From Octopus sinensis (Eukaryota), in the NCBI RefSeq assembly GCF_006345805.1, contig NC_043001.1, positions 131,626,001-131,690,000 on the forward strand: a DNA stretch of 64,000 nt. The letters are read 5' to 3'. Shown here piece by piece: positions 1-13,003 of this stretch. Every line of letters starts with the position of its first letter. Position 1 is the first letter of the stretch. Position numbers and translations under genes: made by a program. The notes beneath the pieces are model-generated. The model made no database searches, was not told the DNA's origin, and was given only the letters and a program-made list of their open reading frames with translations.

Positions 1-1039
1 GTACACTTTGTTCTCTTATATATATATATACATACATATTTATACACACATATATACACACACAACAGTAAAAGAACTGAAGTTTTCACACTTGTATATT
101 TTGTGTTTGCCACTTATTGAAAACAACATACCATCATTTTTTCTTTTTTAATTTTGCAAGTTGGCACAATTACAAAAATTTGGTCAAACTGCAGTTCGTA
201 AAATTTCATTTTTACCATTTAAATACAAAAAAAAAAAAACCAAAGAAAATTATATTAGACTTATGCAAAGGATAAAATAGAAGCTGAATGAGAGATCATA
301 AAGAAACAGAATGATAAAAAATGGACAAAGTGAAGTATGTGAAATACCCAGATGCTTTAAGAGACAGAGAGGAAAGTAAAACGCATAAAGAAAAGAAAAA
401 TTGGAGAGGAAATACAAAAGTGTAAGATAATAAAAATTGACTTGAAACAGATTAAGAGGAAGAGAATTGAAAGAAGAGATAGAATTGAAACAGAACAAAG
501 TAATATATGTAATGGGGCAGTGTAAGTCACTAGGAAGATACTATATGTTTATAAGTGAGTGATATTGCAGAAAGTGAGTATTGTGACAGAGGATAACATA
601 GCAACGTATGTAAATAGGCATATGATGAAAGAGAGAGAGGAAGACGAGAATGTAAATTATTGAAAAATGAAGGCTAAGAATAAAAGCTCAGACAAGTGGT
701 GAGAACATTTCAGTAAAACAGTCATGTTGATCAATAAATACATCAGAAAAATAAATTAAAATGATAAACTCAGATGAAAATGAAAGTGTTTGTAATAAAA
801 TGAGACAAAATTCAATTAAAATAAAATCAAGTAGAGTGAAGTAGATGTTTGAATATTCAGTTGATAAAAACATGTCATTTTTGTATGTTATTAAGACAAA
901 TCACACTACATTGGATGTGACAGGTCATTAAAACTTTTCATTCTTATATCTAATACTTTGGAACAGTGTTTATCTACAAAGAAACCTTTTACTCAAAATC
1001 CAAAAGTTTCCAGAAGTACCAAATAATTTCAAGGAATTT

Positions 1040-1500
1040 TGAAAAGATTGAAGAATTTCATAACTTAGGTTTCAGTAAATTCAGCCAATAGGTAGGATAA
1101 AGTTTCATAAAATACATTTATTTTGGCAAAGACATTTCAAAACCAGTTCATTCTTTGAGCTCAACAAGTTGATAAGATGGCAAAAAGGAAAAGTTTTTTG
1201 TTGATTCATTGTTAACACAACCCAGATCCTCCACAATATGGTGTAATTTTTACCACTGGTATCATATTGCAAGATCTTTTATTTTTTAGATGCTGAACAT
1301 GTTGCAAGAGTATGACACTATTTCTTTTACTCTGGGCACCCCACAAAAATATATATGCCATGAGTCCTGAAGATTTTCACATTTAAGGCTAAATAAACTT
1401 CTCTGCAGTCTGTCAATTTCATTATGATGCGGTGTGCAATTCCTTTGCTAAGGCATTTGTCATTGAATGGACAGAAGCTAATCTTCACACACTTATTCTG
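1040..1500 (-). pseudogene. Possible highly degenerate L1/Tx1-type LINE C-terminal remnant
   Basis: Stop-riddled minus frame reads ...ILSTC*AQRMNWF*NVFAKINVFYETLSYLLAE, loosely like the IL.TN...C.FC...ET..HLF.EC zinc-binding region. Weak manual resemblance only. Confidence 0.2.
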
Positions 1501-1982
1501 TAAAGATACTGTTATGTAGCTTTTGTAGATTCCTTGTTGATGCTAGAATTTATTTGCCAGCACAGCCAAGAATTCTCTGAAATAACTTTCAGAGAATTCT
1601 GACAAATATTCTGAGGTACCTATGACTTTTAGGAAAATGTCTGTGTGCCAAATTTATGAAAGTTTTGACAATATTATCTCTAAGCTGGAATGGAGTTAAA
1701 TCAAATGAAATTGTGTTTACATGGTTTTTTAGTGTGTTTTTTAATATAACTGATAGGTAAATATTGTATTTTATCCAAGAAACTACTTTTTCTTAAGGCA
1801 TTATAACATGGTGCACTCAATAAAAAATTCCCTCTTCTAGTAATAAACTTTAGATGCACCAACTCATGTTATTTACAAGATTCTTCAAGATGTGACAGTG
1901 ATGATTGGAAGACTTATAAATACATACCATTAGATCCTGAAACAGCATATTCCTCAGTTTTAAAATATAATGTGATATCCAA

Positions 1983-2369
1983 TGGTGGAAGCACTCCGTT
2001 GGTTACGACGACGAGGGTTCCAGTTGATCCGATCAACGGAACAACCAGCTCGTGAAATTAATGTGCAAGTGGCTGAGCACTCCACAGACACGTGTACCCT
2101 TAACGTAGTTCTCAGGGATATTCAGCGTGACACAGAGAATGATAAGGCCGGCCCTTTGAAATACAGGTACAACAGAAACAGGAAGTAAGAGTGAGAGAAA
2201 GTTGTGATGAAAGAGTACAGCAGGGATCACCACCATCCCCTGCCGGAGCCTCGTAGAACTTTAGGTGTTTTCGCTCAATAAACACTCACAACGCCCGGTC
2301 TGGGAATCGAAACCGCGATCCTATGACCGCGAGTCCGCTGCCCTAACCACTGGGCCATTGTGCCTCCAC
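1983..2369 (-). mobile_element. tRNA-derived SINE, family G, tail type 1
   Basis: The reverse complement starts GTGGAGGCACAATGGCCCAGTGGTTAGGGCAGCGG (A box) and has a GTTTCGATTCCC B box. About 180 bp are shared with 6807-7115. Confidence 0.85.
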
Positions 2370-2870
2370 TATATCCAATGGATAATGTTGGTAGTAAATG
2401 TAATTCTAAAACCAAATAATTTTAATGTATTAATAAGATCTTTGTTAAATGCATCTACCTGATGGTAGGTGATATAATAGGAAATTAACAGGCCATTATC
2501 TCCATAATAACCAAATCTTGTTAGGTTGAATTTCTTCTGAAAAGAACCTAATTGTATAATCCCACAAGCCTACAAATCTCAGTCCCATCATCTGAGCTCA
2601 CATCTACATCAAGTAGCTTATTGTCATTACATCTTATCAAAACTTTGCCTAAAAAGGTGTGAACATTTTCTTGCCTACCTGCCTGCCTGCTCGACTGACT
2701 GATTGGCATACACACACACACACACACACACAAACACATACTCACAAAGGCGATCATTTAAGGGCTGAATTGCTACATTTGATCAAATGCATAACCAATC
2801 AAGACTGAACTGGGGCAGAAAAAGAATCCCTTCTTTGAAATTTAGTTATGAAAGTTTAATGCTTATTACT

Positions 2871-3890
2871 CATTCATACATACATACATCCATACATACA
2901 TCCATACATCCATACATACATATATACATACATACATACATACATACATCCATACATAATACATACATACATCCATACATACATCCATCCATCCATCCAT
3001 CCATCCATGCATACATCCATCCATCCATCCATCCATCCATACATACATACATACATATATACATACATATATACATACATACATACATACATATATATAT
3101 ACATACATATATACATACATACATACATACATGCATGCATACATCCATACATACATACATCCATCCATCCATACATACATACATACATCCATCCATCCAT
3201 ACATACATCCATCCATCCATCCATCCATCCATACATACATACATTCATACATAATACATCCATCCATCCATCCATACATACATACACACATACATACATA
3301 CATACATACATCCATCCATCCATCCATCCATCCATCCATCCATCCATCCATACATACATACATACATACATACATACATACATCCATACATACATACATA
3401 CATACATACATACATACATACATACATACATACATACATACATACCATCCATCCATCCATACATACATACATACATACATACATACATACATACATACAT
3501 ACATACATCCATCCATCCATCCATCCATCCATCCATCCATCCATCCATACATATACATACATACATACATACATACATACATACATACATACATACATAC
3601 ATCCATCCATCCATCCATCCATCCATCCATCCATACATACATACATACATACATACATACATACATACATACATACATACATACATACATACATCCATCC
3701 ACCATCCATCCATCCATCCATCCATCCATCCATACATACATACATACATACATACATACATACATACATACATACATACATTCATACATCCATACATAAT
3801 ACATACATACATACATACATCCATACATCCATCCATCCATACATACATACATGCATGCATACGTACATACATACATACATGCATGCATGC
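2871..3890. repeat. Compound (CATA)n/(CATC)n microsatellite, about 1 kb
   Basis: Alternating blocks of TACA and TCCA. This is the source of the spurious MYVC/HTYI ORFs. Confidence 0.97.
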
Positions 3891-4212
3891 GACAGATGAT
3901 CACAACATCTATTTCAATAAAAGTCTGCAATACAATATTAAGATGTAAAAGATGGTAAACAAAAGAAGATACTTTCCTTCACAGCATTGATGCTAAGATG
4001 GTGGCCAGTTAATATTAACTAAATTAAAAAGAGAGAAATATATATGCAAGTATGTAAATACGCATATCTGTCTGTCTGTCTGTCTGTATGTATGTTTGTA
4101 TGTATTTATATATGTATGTGTGTAAGTATGTGTGTATGCAGGTATGTATATTTCTCATTCAGCTCAAATGCATTTCATCATATATATGTTTGTGTGTATC
4201 TATCTATCTATC

Positions 4213-4247
<35 letters not shown>

Positions 4248-4321
4248 GTATATGTATATATATATATATATATGTACACATATATATATACATATATATA
4301 TATATATATTATATATATATA

Positions 4322-4530
4322 TAGTTAATCCAAACAAGAAAGCACAAAAAAGCACAACAATGCGAGGATGTGGAACAAATATAGTATTATTGGACGCTCA
4401 GGAAAGAAGGAAAGAAGGAGGGTTTAATGTTTCAAGTGGAACTCTTCGTCGGAAACATAGGAGAAGGAAAGATCCAGAGAAGGGAAGACAGAGGAAAAAA
4501 AATCGCCAACGGTACACACGAGGTCACATT
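4322..4530 (-). mobile_element. Short Penelope-like terminal repeat, family D, with hammerhead-like motif
   Basis: About 85-90% similar to 38320-38527 and flanked by (TA)n/(CA)n. The reverse complement contains GTTT-CCGACGA-A-GAGT-TCC-ACTT-GAA-ACAT-T-AAAC. Confidence 0.65.
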
Positions 4531-4571
4531 TTACACACACACACATATATATATATATACACACATATATA

Positions 4572-4780
4572 TTTTCTTTCACACGTTTCAGTCATTTGAC
4601 TGTGGCCATGCTGGAGCACCACCTTGTAAGGTTTTGGTTGAACAAATCAACTCCAGGACATATATTTTAAGCCGAGTACTTATTCCACCAGTCTCTTTTG
4701 CTGTTACAGGGACATAAACACACCTATACTGGTTGTCAAGCTGTGATGGTGGGGACAAATAGACGCAAAGACACACACAC
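4572..4780 (-). mobile_element. SINE family A, 3' half
   Basis: TTTCAGTCATTTGACTGTGGCCATGCTGGAGCACC tail in reverse orientation. Confidence 0.8.
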
Positions 4781-4792
4781 AGATATATACAT

Positions 4793-4863
<71 letters not shown>

Positions 4864-4866
<3 letters not shown>

Positions 4867-5023
4867 GGAGTGGCTGTGTGATAAGTAGCTTGCTTCCCAA
4901 CCACATGGTTTGTGGTTCAGTCCCACTGCCTGGCATCTTGGGCAAGTGTCTTCTACTATAGCCTCAGGCCAACCAAAGCCTTGTGAGTGGATTTGGTAGA
5001 TGGAAACTGAAAGAAGCTCATCG

Positions 5024-5055
<32 letters not shown>

Positions 5056-5251
5056 TGTGTGTCTGTGATGTCTCCTCACCATCGCTTGACAACCGGTGTT
5101 GGTGTGTTTACATCTCTGTAACATAGCAGTTTGGCAAAAGAGACTGATAGAATAAGTACTTGGCTTGCAAAGAATAAGTCCTGGGTTCGATTTGTTCGAC
5201 TAAAAGGTGCTGCTCCTGCATGGCCACAGTCAAAACATGTAAAAGAATAAA
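4864..5251 (+). mobile_element. SINE family A (tRNA head + CORE-like domain, octopus OR-type), full length
   Basis: CAGGAGTGGCTGTGTG head, GGTTCAGTCCC B box, CTTGGGCAAGTG CORE-like motif, internal (TA)n and AAAAGA tail. Confidence 0.9.
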
Positions 5252-5280
5252 CAGAGTAAAAAGAAATACACACAATGGTC

Positions 5281-5398
5281 TTTCAATTTCCAACTACAAA
5301 ATCCACTCATAAGACCTTAGTTGGCCCAATTATACAGTAGAAGATGCCACACAGTGAGACTGAACCCAGAACCACATGGTTGGGGAGCAAGCTTCTTA
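5281..5398 (-). mobile_element. SINE family A, 5' fragment
   Basis: Reverse complement of the head/CORE segment, degenerate. Confidence 0.7.
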
Positions 5399-5464
5399 TC
5401 TCTCTCTCTTTCTCTCTCTCTATATATATACACACCCCACACATTCACAGATATATATATATAT

Positions 5465-5622
5465 AGGTGTGACTCTGTGGTACAAGGTTTGCTTCCCAAC
5501 CAAATGGTTCCAGATTCAGCCCCAATGCATGGCACCCTGGGTAAGTGTCTTCTACTATAGCCTTGGGCCAACCAAAGCCTTGTGAGTGGATTTGGTAGAT
5601 GGAAACTGAAAGACGCCAGATG
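5465..5622 (+). mobile_element. SINE family A, 5' half
   Basis: Head through GATTTGGTAGATGGAAACTGAAAG. Confidence 0.8.
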
Positions 5623-5907
5623 TATATATATATATATAATATATATACAAGATAAGAAAATGGAGAAATACATCTAAATCAAATATCAATTACCAGATAA
5701 TACTCAATCACATACTTTATTAAACCACCACATAAGAGACTGTAGGGTTAAATATAAAAAGCAGAACAAATCAGTGTACATAAAGGAATGTACATAAAAA
5801 AGTGTAGATAAAAGAGTAATGTTGTATAATAAGTAGAATATATATAAAAGAGAATATAACCCCTATCTCAATTTGTATATATATATATATACAGACATAC
5901 ATATATT

Positions 5908-6739
5908 CAAGGTGCAGTGAATATATCGTCATCTAAATTACCCAATAACGAAAATAACACTGGCATCTCATTTGCATAAAAATATATTAAAATACTAAAG
6001 ACTAAATTTATTCAATGAAATCGCCACTGGCTTCAACCACTCCAAACAACTTCAGAATCTCCTGCAACTCTTCTGGAGAGTCTCCTTGTTTAAGTTGGTG
6101 AATGCTTCCATAATCCTTGCCTTCAGTTCATCTTTGGTGTTACCAGTTTTGTTGGTGTCTTGTTCAACTGCACCCCAAACGTAATAATCAAGGGGGTTGT
6201 GGTCTGGGGAGTTAGGTGTCCAGATGTTGGGAAGATGTTGGGAAGATGTGGTCCCAGAAATTGTATGACAGCTGTGACTGAGTTCTCCTGCTTGTGTGGC
6301 ATGGAGCAGAATCCTGTTGCTAGACATAGAGGTCTCCAGCAGCCACCCTCTTGACCCAGAACAGCACTACCTCCTTCAAACACTTGATGTTGGCCTCCCT
6401 GTTGAGTTTAAGGCCATGTGGGAAGATGAATGGAAGCATAACGTCGCCATCACTAGAGATCACTCCAAGCATCATGATGTAGACTGGATGTACATGTTTT
6501 GGAGATGCAGCAATCCAATGGATGTTCTGTGTGTTCATCATCTATCCGTACTGGAGCTTTCAGTATGAATGCCAAGCAGTACAGTATGTTGTTTCCAAAT
6601 TTCTGGCAGAGTGAATTGCATCATGGTAGTATTTTTCTCACAGACAATGCCCAACTGAGTGGATGACAAATTCAAAAACAAACAATGCACTTGCACAAAA
6701 TTAGAAATATAGAAATGGTGACAACTTACCCATCACATC

Positions 6740-6742
<3 letters not shown>
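5908..6742 (-). mobile_element. Tc1/mariner DD37D (maT-like) transposon, internally deleted and pseudogenised
   Basis: Minus frames give IMMLGVISSDGDVMLPFIF...QQDSAP(C)H...IWTPNSPDHNPLDYYVWG. Spacing is 37 aa between the 2nd and 3rd Asp after removing an 11-bp duplication. Ends are imperfect TIRs next to TA runs. Confidence 0.85.
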
Positions 6743-6806
<64 letters not shown>

Positions 6807-6809
<3 letters not shown>

Positions 6810-7111
6810 GAGGCGCAATGGCCTAGTGGTTAGGGCAGCGGACTCGTGGTCGGAGGATCGCAGTTTCGATTCCCAGATCGGGCGTTGTGAGTGTTTATTG
6901 AGCGAAAACACCTAAAGCTCCACGAGGCTCCGGCAAGGGGTAGGGGCGAACTATGCTGTACTCTTTCGCCACAACTTTCTCTCACTCTTTCTTCTGTTGG
7001 CCTGCTCGCTTAGCCAGCGGGGTGGCGTCATTTGAAGGCTAAAACAATGCGAAGCGCATTGTGACCAGTGATGTGTAGCAACATCTGATAGCCTGGTCGG
7101 TCACAGTCACG

Positions 7112-7115
<4 letters not shown>
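6807..7115 (+). mobile_element. tRNA-derived SINE, family G, tail type 2
   Basis: GTGGAGGCGCAATGGCCTAGTGGTTAGGG...GTTTCGATTCCC. Same head as 1983-2369 but a different 3' part; embedded in (TA)n. Confidence 0.85.
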
Positions 7116-7150
<35 letters not shown>

Positions 7151-7435
7151 AAAATAATTAAAAGGGCAGGCAACAATATATAAAACTAGTTAGTTGTCCA
7201 TTAGTCAGAAAAGAAGGCACACTCTTGTTGATAGTATATTACTGGCTACAGAATACAACTGGTCACTAATGGTTCTGCAATCCAAGAAGGACTATATGTA
7301 CCCCCAGCATAAAAGAGGTCGTGTGCTTCAGGCCTGCATGTCTGAAGAGTCATCTATATTGCCAAGATGAATAGTCTACATACATCAATACGTTTAATCA
7401 AAAGACTTCTGCAAAGTTTCTAACTGCCCACATAT

Positions 7436-7470
<35 letters not shown>

Positions 7471-7700
7471 GTGGTTTAACTCATCGAAACTTGGAAGTCA
7501 CTGTCAATAGTATTCTTGTTTAAGAATAATAAACCTGTATACTACAAATGTATACAGTAAGTCCTCAGATTAATGTAAAATTTTCTTTTATCATAACTGA
7601 ACATAAAAACAAGCATTAACTATATTAACTACATATATATATATATATTTACATATATATATATATATATTTACATATATATATATATATATATATATAT

Positions 7701-7888
7701 AACGGGAAGCTTTATGAAAATAAACAAAAGACAAAGGCAGGTGGAATACAAACAAACAATTGTATTAGTATGGCGCACAGGAAATATAAATAAAACAAGT
7801 CTTTTACATTTCGAGCCTACGCTCTTCAACAGAAAGATACACAGAAAAGAAACACGGAGAGAAACAAGGAGAGAAAAAAATGCGTGCA
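7701..7888 (-). mobile_element. Short Penelope-like terminal repeat, family C, with hammerhead-like motif
   Basis: Matches 27551-27730, 39431-39665 and 41708-41914. Inserted in (TA)n; motif at 7800-7837. Confidence 0.75.
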
Positions 7889-8248
7889 TTTATATATATA
7901 TATATGTGTGTGTGTGTATGTATGTATATATATGCCTGCATATATGCATACATATATAGATACATGTATATATACATACATATAGATGTACATACGCACA
8001 CACACAGACACACACACACATATATTTGCATATATATACATATAAATTTATGCAAAATAACTTCTGCAAATTTTTCGACTACCAAATTGACTTCACTAGA
8101 TATTAGTAAACTCGAAGATATTCTAGAAAACATTTAGTTCAAGCTACCACACAGCCATTTATTTGAGAAGCAAACTTTTTAACCTCAGGACCATTCTTCT
8201 CATTTCCAGCAGATCAAGCAACATAACCAGATACTCTGATTATCTCAC

Positions 8249-8306
8249 CTGTACAAGACTAAAATTGTTTCTCATCCCATTTGAAAGCCATAAAAGAAGA
8301 GCTGAG
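8249..8306 (-). CDS. Candidate internal exon of an unidentified gene
   Basis: Acceptor cgttctttgtatccattatag|, donor CAG|gtgaga, 58 nt, one open frame SALLLWLSNGMRNNFSLVQ. No homology recognised. Confidence 0.3.
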
Positions 8307-10099
8307 CTATAATGGATACAAAGAACGATGCTTTTGGAGATATTCAAATTTATTATATTTTATTATAGTATATATTATAATGTCAAGACTAATTTTCCTC
8401 AAAGCAAAATCTGCTTCACAGTATTTACATATTCAAAATTTTGCCATATAATTAAAAGAAATGCCATATATTCTCTGTTATACTTTGTTTTTAGATAACA
8501 CCTGATATAAATAGGAAATAGATTATTTTCTCTGAGATAGGCAGAATTCTGAAAATCTGCCAAATCTTCTGAAGACTTGTTCATTCAACCAGCTATAAAA
8601 CTAATACAGATTTTTCTTTTCTGTTTTTTTCATTTTTCTTGTTTTAAAATTCATACATTTTTCGACAGCAAACTATACATGTTTCTCTTCACATTCTAAC
8701 AGGTTGTATTATGTGTTTAATTTCTTTGATGTATTCTTCAGTTAATAACTGAATCATATCAAAGAAATTAAGCATAAGTTGAAAAACAATTTAGTCTTTA
8801 AATTTACATAAGAGCTTACTGAAACAAAAAGCCATTCATTAGCTCAAAGTAAATATGAAACATACCCATACCCACCCCCACCCTCCCAACATGCTCACCA
8901 CACGCTAACACAATCTGTCCCACCCCATCACATCACCATTACCACCACCATTACCACTACCATCATTATCACCATTACCGACACCACCACCACCACCACT
9001 TCCATCACCAACACCACCTCCAGCACCACCATTTTACCTCGCAACTGCCTGCATCATTCTGCCAACATAAATAAGAACAAATAAAAATATCTAATCTATT
9101 TAAGCAAACAACAATAAAAAATAAGAAAGGAAAAAGAACAAACTTATCCATCAGTTCGTTTTAATGGTCATTAGTTTTCAACAAACTGGTTATGATTATC
9201 AATTCAAAGGTTTAGATAACAACAGAAAATTTTTAATATATTAAGAAACTCCAACATTAAATAAACAATTAACTAGAAAGGATTTGTAAACTGTAGTTAT
9301 ATAACAATGTCATATACATGCCGGCAAACACAAAAACGAAATAATTGCTATAATCACAGTCTTACAACTAAATTAATACTCAACATGATCTGCTTGCATA
9401 TAAACCACAGCTATACAGAATAACAATCTTGATGCATATGTGAAGATAACCTTGTTTGTTAAATTTCAATCAAAATTACAGAAATAGTGTATTTTGAAGT
9501 TATAAACAAAAGATGATAATGACGATAATAATTAAAGTTATAAAAATGAGAGCTTCAATGAAACACTAACCAAATCATTGTTCTATTTTGATGGCATTCA
9601 ACAAATTTAACTGTAAAAATCATTCAGGGTGTATATTTACATTTATTCTTTTCTGTTTATTAGACATTGAACAAATATTTTCTGGCCTCAACGTGTGAAA
9701 TTAGGCAACAAACATATTGCAATGGCAAAGGGAAAATATACACAGTTTACCAAATATTTCTGTAACTCAGAGATTTAACAATTTCCTTTTAAATATTCTC
9801 CCACTACTGCAAACAACACAAAAAATGGTTTTTAATTTGGAAAGTTACTTTTGCTTAGATTGACAGGAATAGAAGTCAAAAAGAAAGAAAAAAAGAAAGA
9901 AAGAAAAAGGAAAATCACATGAATCTTGTTTCAACTGTAATTTAAACTGATAAATTCTTACATAAGTGCAATGCTAGGAATTAAGGGTGGAATCATGACC
10001 GTCTTCACAGTTTTATAGATCCTCAGGTAAAGTGATTCATTGGGGTTCTTATATACACAACCACAGCATAAATAAATTGTCATTGGGCCTTTAGACACA

Positions 10100-10381
10100 T
10101 GAGATCCCTGGCCAACTCCCCAGTATACCCATGAAAGGTAGGAGAGTCCAGTTTACTGGACATTGTTGTAGAGCTGAAAACGAGGCAATTTCTCCTCTTC
10201 TCCTCTGGAAGCATCTACTCGCAATACCAGAGGGCGCACACTCTCCTACCCTGATGTAATCTCCAGGGATACAGGCATCCAGCAACAGGACCTCCGTAAT
10301 ACTATGATGGACCGTGAAGTCTGGCGTAGCATGGTAAATTCCATTGTCTCGACCACGGTCGAACAATGATGATGATGATGA
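10100..10381 (+). mobile_element. RTE-clade LINE 3' end
   Basis: Frameshifted RVQFTGHCCRAENE...GRTLSYPDVISRDTGIQQQDLR...DREVWRSMV followed by a (TGA)n tail. Confidence 0.75.
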
Positions 10382-10429
10382 TACCCATGCCTTAATATGG
10401 TATTGAATGAGTGAGTCAATAAAATTGAT

Positions 10430-10560
10430 CTCAAACTGGATTAGTGCTTTATTTTATTGACCCTTGAAGGATGAAAGGCAGAGTTGACCAAAGTGGGAGT
10501 TGAACTCAGATGTAAAGAAACAGAACAAATACCACAGACATGTACCAACGATTCAGCTAA
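10430..10560 (-). mobile_element. SINE family B, degenerate fragment
   Basis: GACCC.TGAAGGATGAAAGGCA central motif. Confidence 0.55.
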
Positions 10561-10887
10561 TCCACCAACCTTTATGTTGTATAACTGGAATCAACTAAAG
10601 GTCAACACAGTTTGGCATTACAAACAAAAGATTTAATGAAGGAGTATGTCAATATGACTATAAACCTGCTGGTAGCTGACAAGCCCAATATGGGGTAAGC
10701 AGGTCTGGATTGCTAGGCAAATTCTGCTTTGGATTCAATACTGCTGAGTCATGTTTTTATACCTCATTCACTTTTTGCTCTCAAGACCAGCTCTGAATAC
10801 TGGCATATTTCACATGTTATTGTTATTTAGCCATGATCTAGAGACCTATGATCAATATCATTCCAACTGTGCTGATCTCATCTTTAA

Positions 10888-11107
10888 CCCTTTAGCGTTC
10901 AAATTAATATGTCAAAAGTAATCTTTATTCATTTACATTTTAAAAAATTAATCTGGTATTATCTTGTAGCTTCAAGATTTGAAAGATGTAATTGTTTATT
11001 TTTAGAATGACATTGCAGGGTAGGTGTGAGATACTGGTTCTGGCCAGTTCGAGCATAAAATGAGTAGAATATTTGGGCCGGATATAGCCGGTTTAAACAC
11101 TAAAGGG
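10888..11107. mobile_element. TTAA-flanked MITE (piggyBac-like)
   Basis: TTAA|CCCTTTAGCGTT ... AACACTAAAGGG|TTAA. A partial inverted copy lies at about 25069-25170. Confidence 0.8.
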
Positions 11108-12419
11108 TTAAATATAAGAAGCACTATATTACCCAGTGTGTCACTTCTTATTTAAGACAATAGTGTGTATCTGAAGGGATTTGACAGTAGTTCTAGAAAC
11201 TTCATAGAGGTTCCCTAATTGGTATGTAATGCTACATGATAGTGTTACATGAGCATTGAATGCGAAAAATTCTGTGGTTATGATGATGGGTTTCAGAGAA
11301 GTGAGCTATAGATGATCAGTTGGATTTGTAAGGATAATTTGCATGAATGGCACCGAAAAGTGTTCTGAGAATTTTCCAATTTGCATTTGTGTTCTTAGCT
11401 TTGGTCATTCTATCAGCTGATTTATGCAGCTGAGGAAGTTGTACAGGTATGGACACATGTGATGTGATTAGACAATGAACACTCGGCTAAAAAGCAATCT
11501 GCATTAACTAAAGCGGGTCATGAAGAGTGTAACACTCAAAGAAGATCAGTTGTCAGGAGACTGAAGAATCACTAATAAGATAATATTCACAAAAAGTCTG
11601 CTTGCCTTATGGAAACAATACATTGAAAATACTAATACCATCACAACTTCTAAATCATTACTGGTGAATTGTTATGTGTGCTGATGTATGCTCTGTGGTA
11701 GGCCTTAAATCTGAATGACTGACTGGTGTGTGATTGGCAAGGCTAGTTGCAAAGACATATATAATACATACATATACATACATACATACATATATACTTA
11801 CACACACACACACACATACATACACACACACATATGTAAATATAATTATATCCATATATGTATACATACATACATATGTACACACACACATACATATATG
11901 TACATATAATTATATACATGTGTGTGTATGTATATGCATATATATATACACACGTACATGTGCATGTACATATATATATGTATATATATACATACACACA
12001 CATATGAATACATATAACACATATATATATACACATATATATATATACATATATAAAAGAGTAAAAGAGTAATACACATATATATATATATACATATATG
12101 TATGCATATATATGCTTTATTTCACCATCGATTTCATGTTGACCCTTCCAAGCTCGCATGGGTTAGACAGGAGCTTTTACAACAAGATTCTCTCATGGTA
12201 CCAACTACAACCAATTTCCAAGTTAGGTAATAGTCTCTCAGTCTCTCAAACAACAAACACCCTGGATATGGTAACACAGAGAATTGGAAACAAACGATAC
12301 TGTATGAAGGAGTCATTTGTTTACAGAAAGAAGACTGGAAATATAGGATCCCTGCCCTTTTGGCCAAGCAAAGTTTGCATTATATGCTCCCACAGAGGGG
12401 GTGGCTTTAGAAAAAATTT

Positions 12420-12718
12420 TAATTTGGTGGACCCCTATAGTCATACTATGTTTAAAAATTACTTTTATAGATACTTCTTTCAAAATTCCTATATTGTTTT
12501 TCACACATTAACTTGTGTAGGTTGAACTATGCGAGATGTCAGAGAAAGAAAACTAACTGTTTCTTGCAATGTATACCAATACATACATCTCAAGCCAGAT
12601 TTTTGCTGGGGTCCCTCAGAATACTGTTGTGGATCTCCAATTTACTATTTTGTTTTGTGGACCCCCAAATCTTTTAAGGACACTCAGGGGCCACATGAAC
12701 CCTGGTTGAGAACCACTG
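12420..12718. mobile_element. hAT-type MITE, right part
   Basis: Ends in GGTTGAGAACCACTG, the reverse complement of the CAGTGGTTCTCAACC TIR. No left TIR seen. Confidence 0.55.
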
Positions 12719-13003
12719 GGCTGGGGCATAGCAAGCTTAATATCTTATACTTTTTGCTCTCTGCTTCAGGTGTGTAAACAATATTATCATGCTGACTTCC
12801 TCCAATAAGGAAACCATCAGCATATTTTACAAATCTAACTGTATTAGTGAGAACATTCAGCTCAAAATCAAATCTCTCTCTCTCTCTTGAATTTCCAACT
12901 CTAATTTATGGAGGAAGATGATATTTCTACTGATTTCTATAGAAAGGTGACCTGTAACAGGTGCAGCAAAGCAGTAGATAAAAGCTTTCAACTCCAAGTA
13001 ATA

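Noticed and set aside
2290-2369. tRNA gene-like sequences here and in other SINE heads
   Set aside because: A and B boxes are present but the acceptor stem is incomplete, and each runs into a SINE body. These are not tRNA genes.
2787-3948. Long ORFs of up to 354 aa (MYVC/HTYI/MDGW repeats)
   Set aside because: They are translations of a tetranucleotide microsatellite, open in many frames because it lacks stop codons. The same applies at 11.7, 28.6, 43.9, 44.5, 46.2 and 53 kb.
7335-7385. CTGAAGA-G-TCATCT..AGATGA motif
   Set aside because: A stem II-like pairing is present but GAAA is missing. At most a degenerate PLE terminal fragment.
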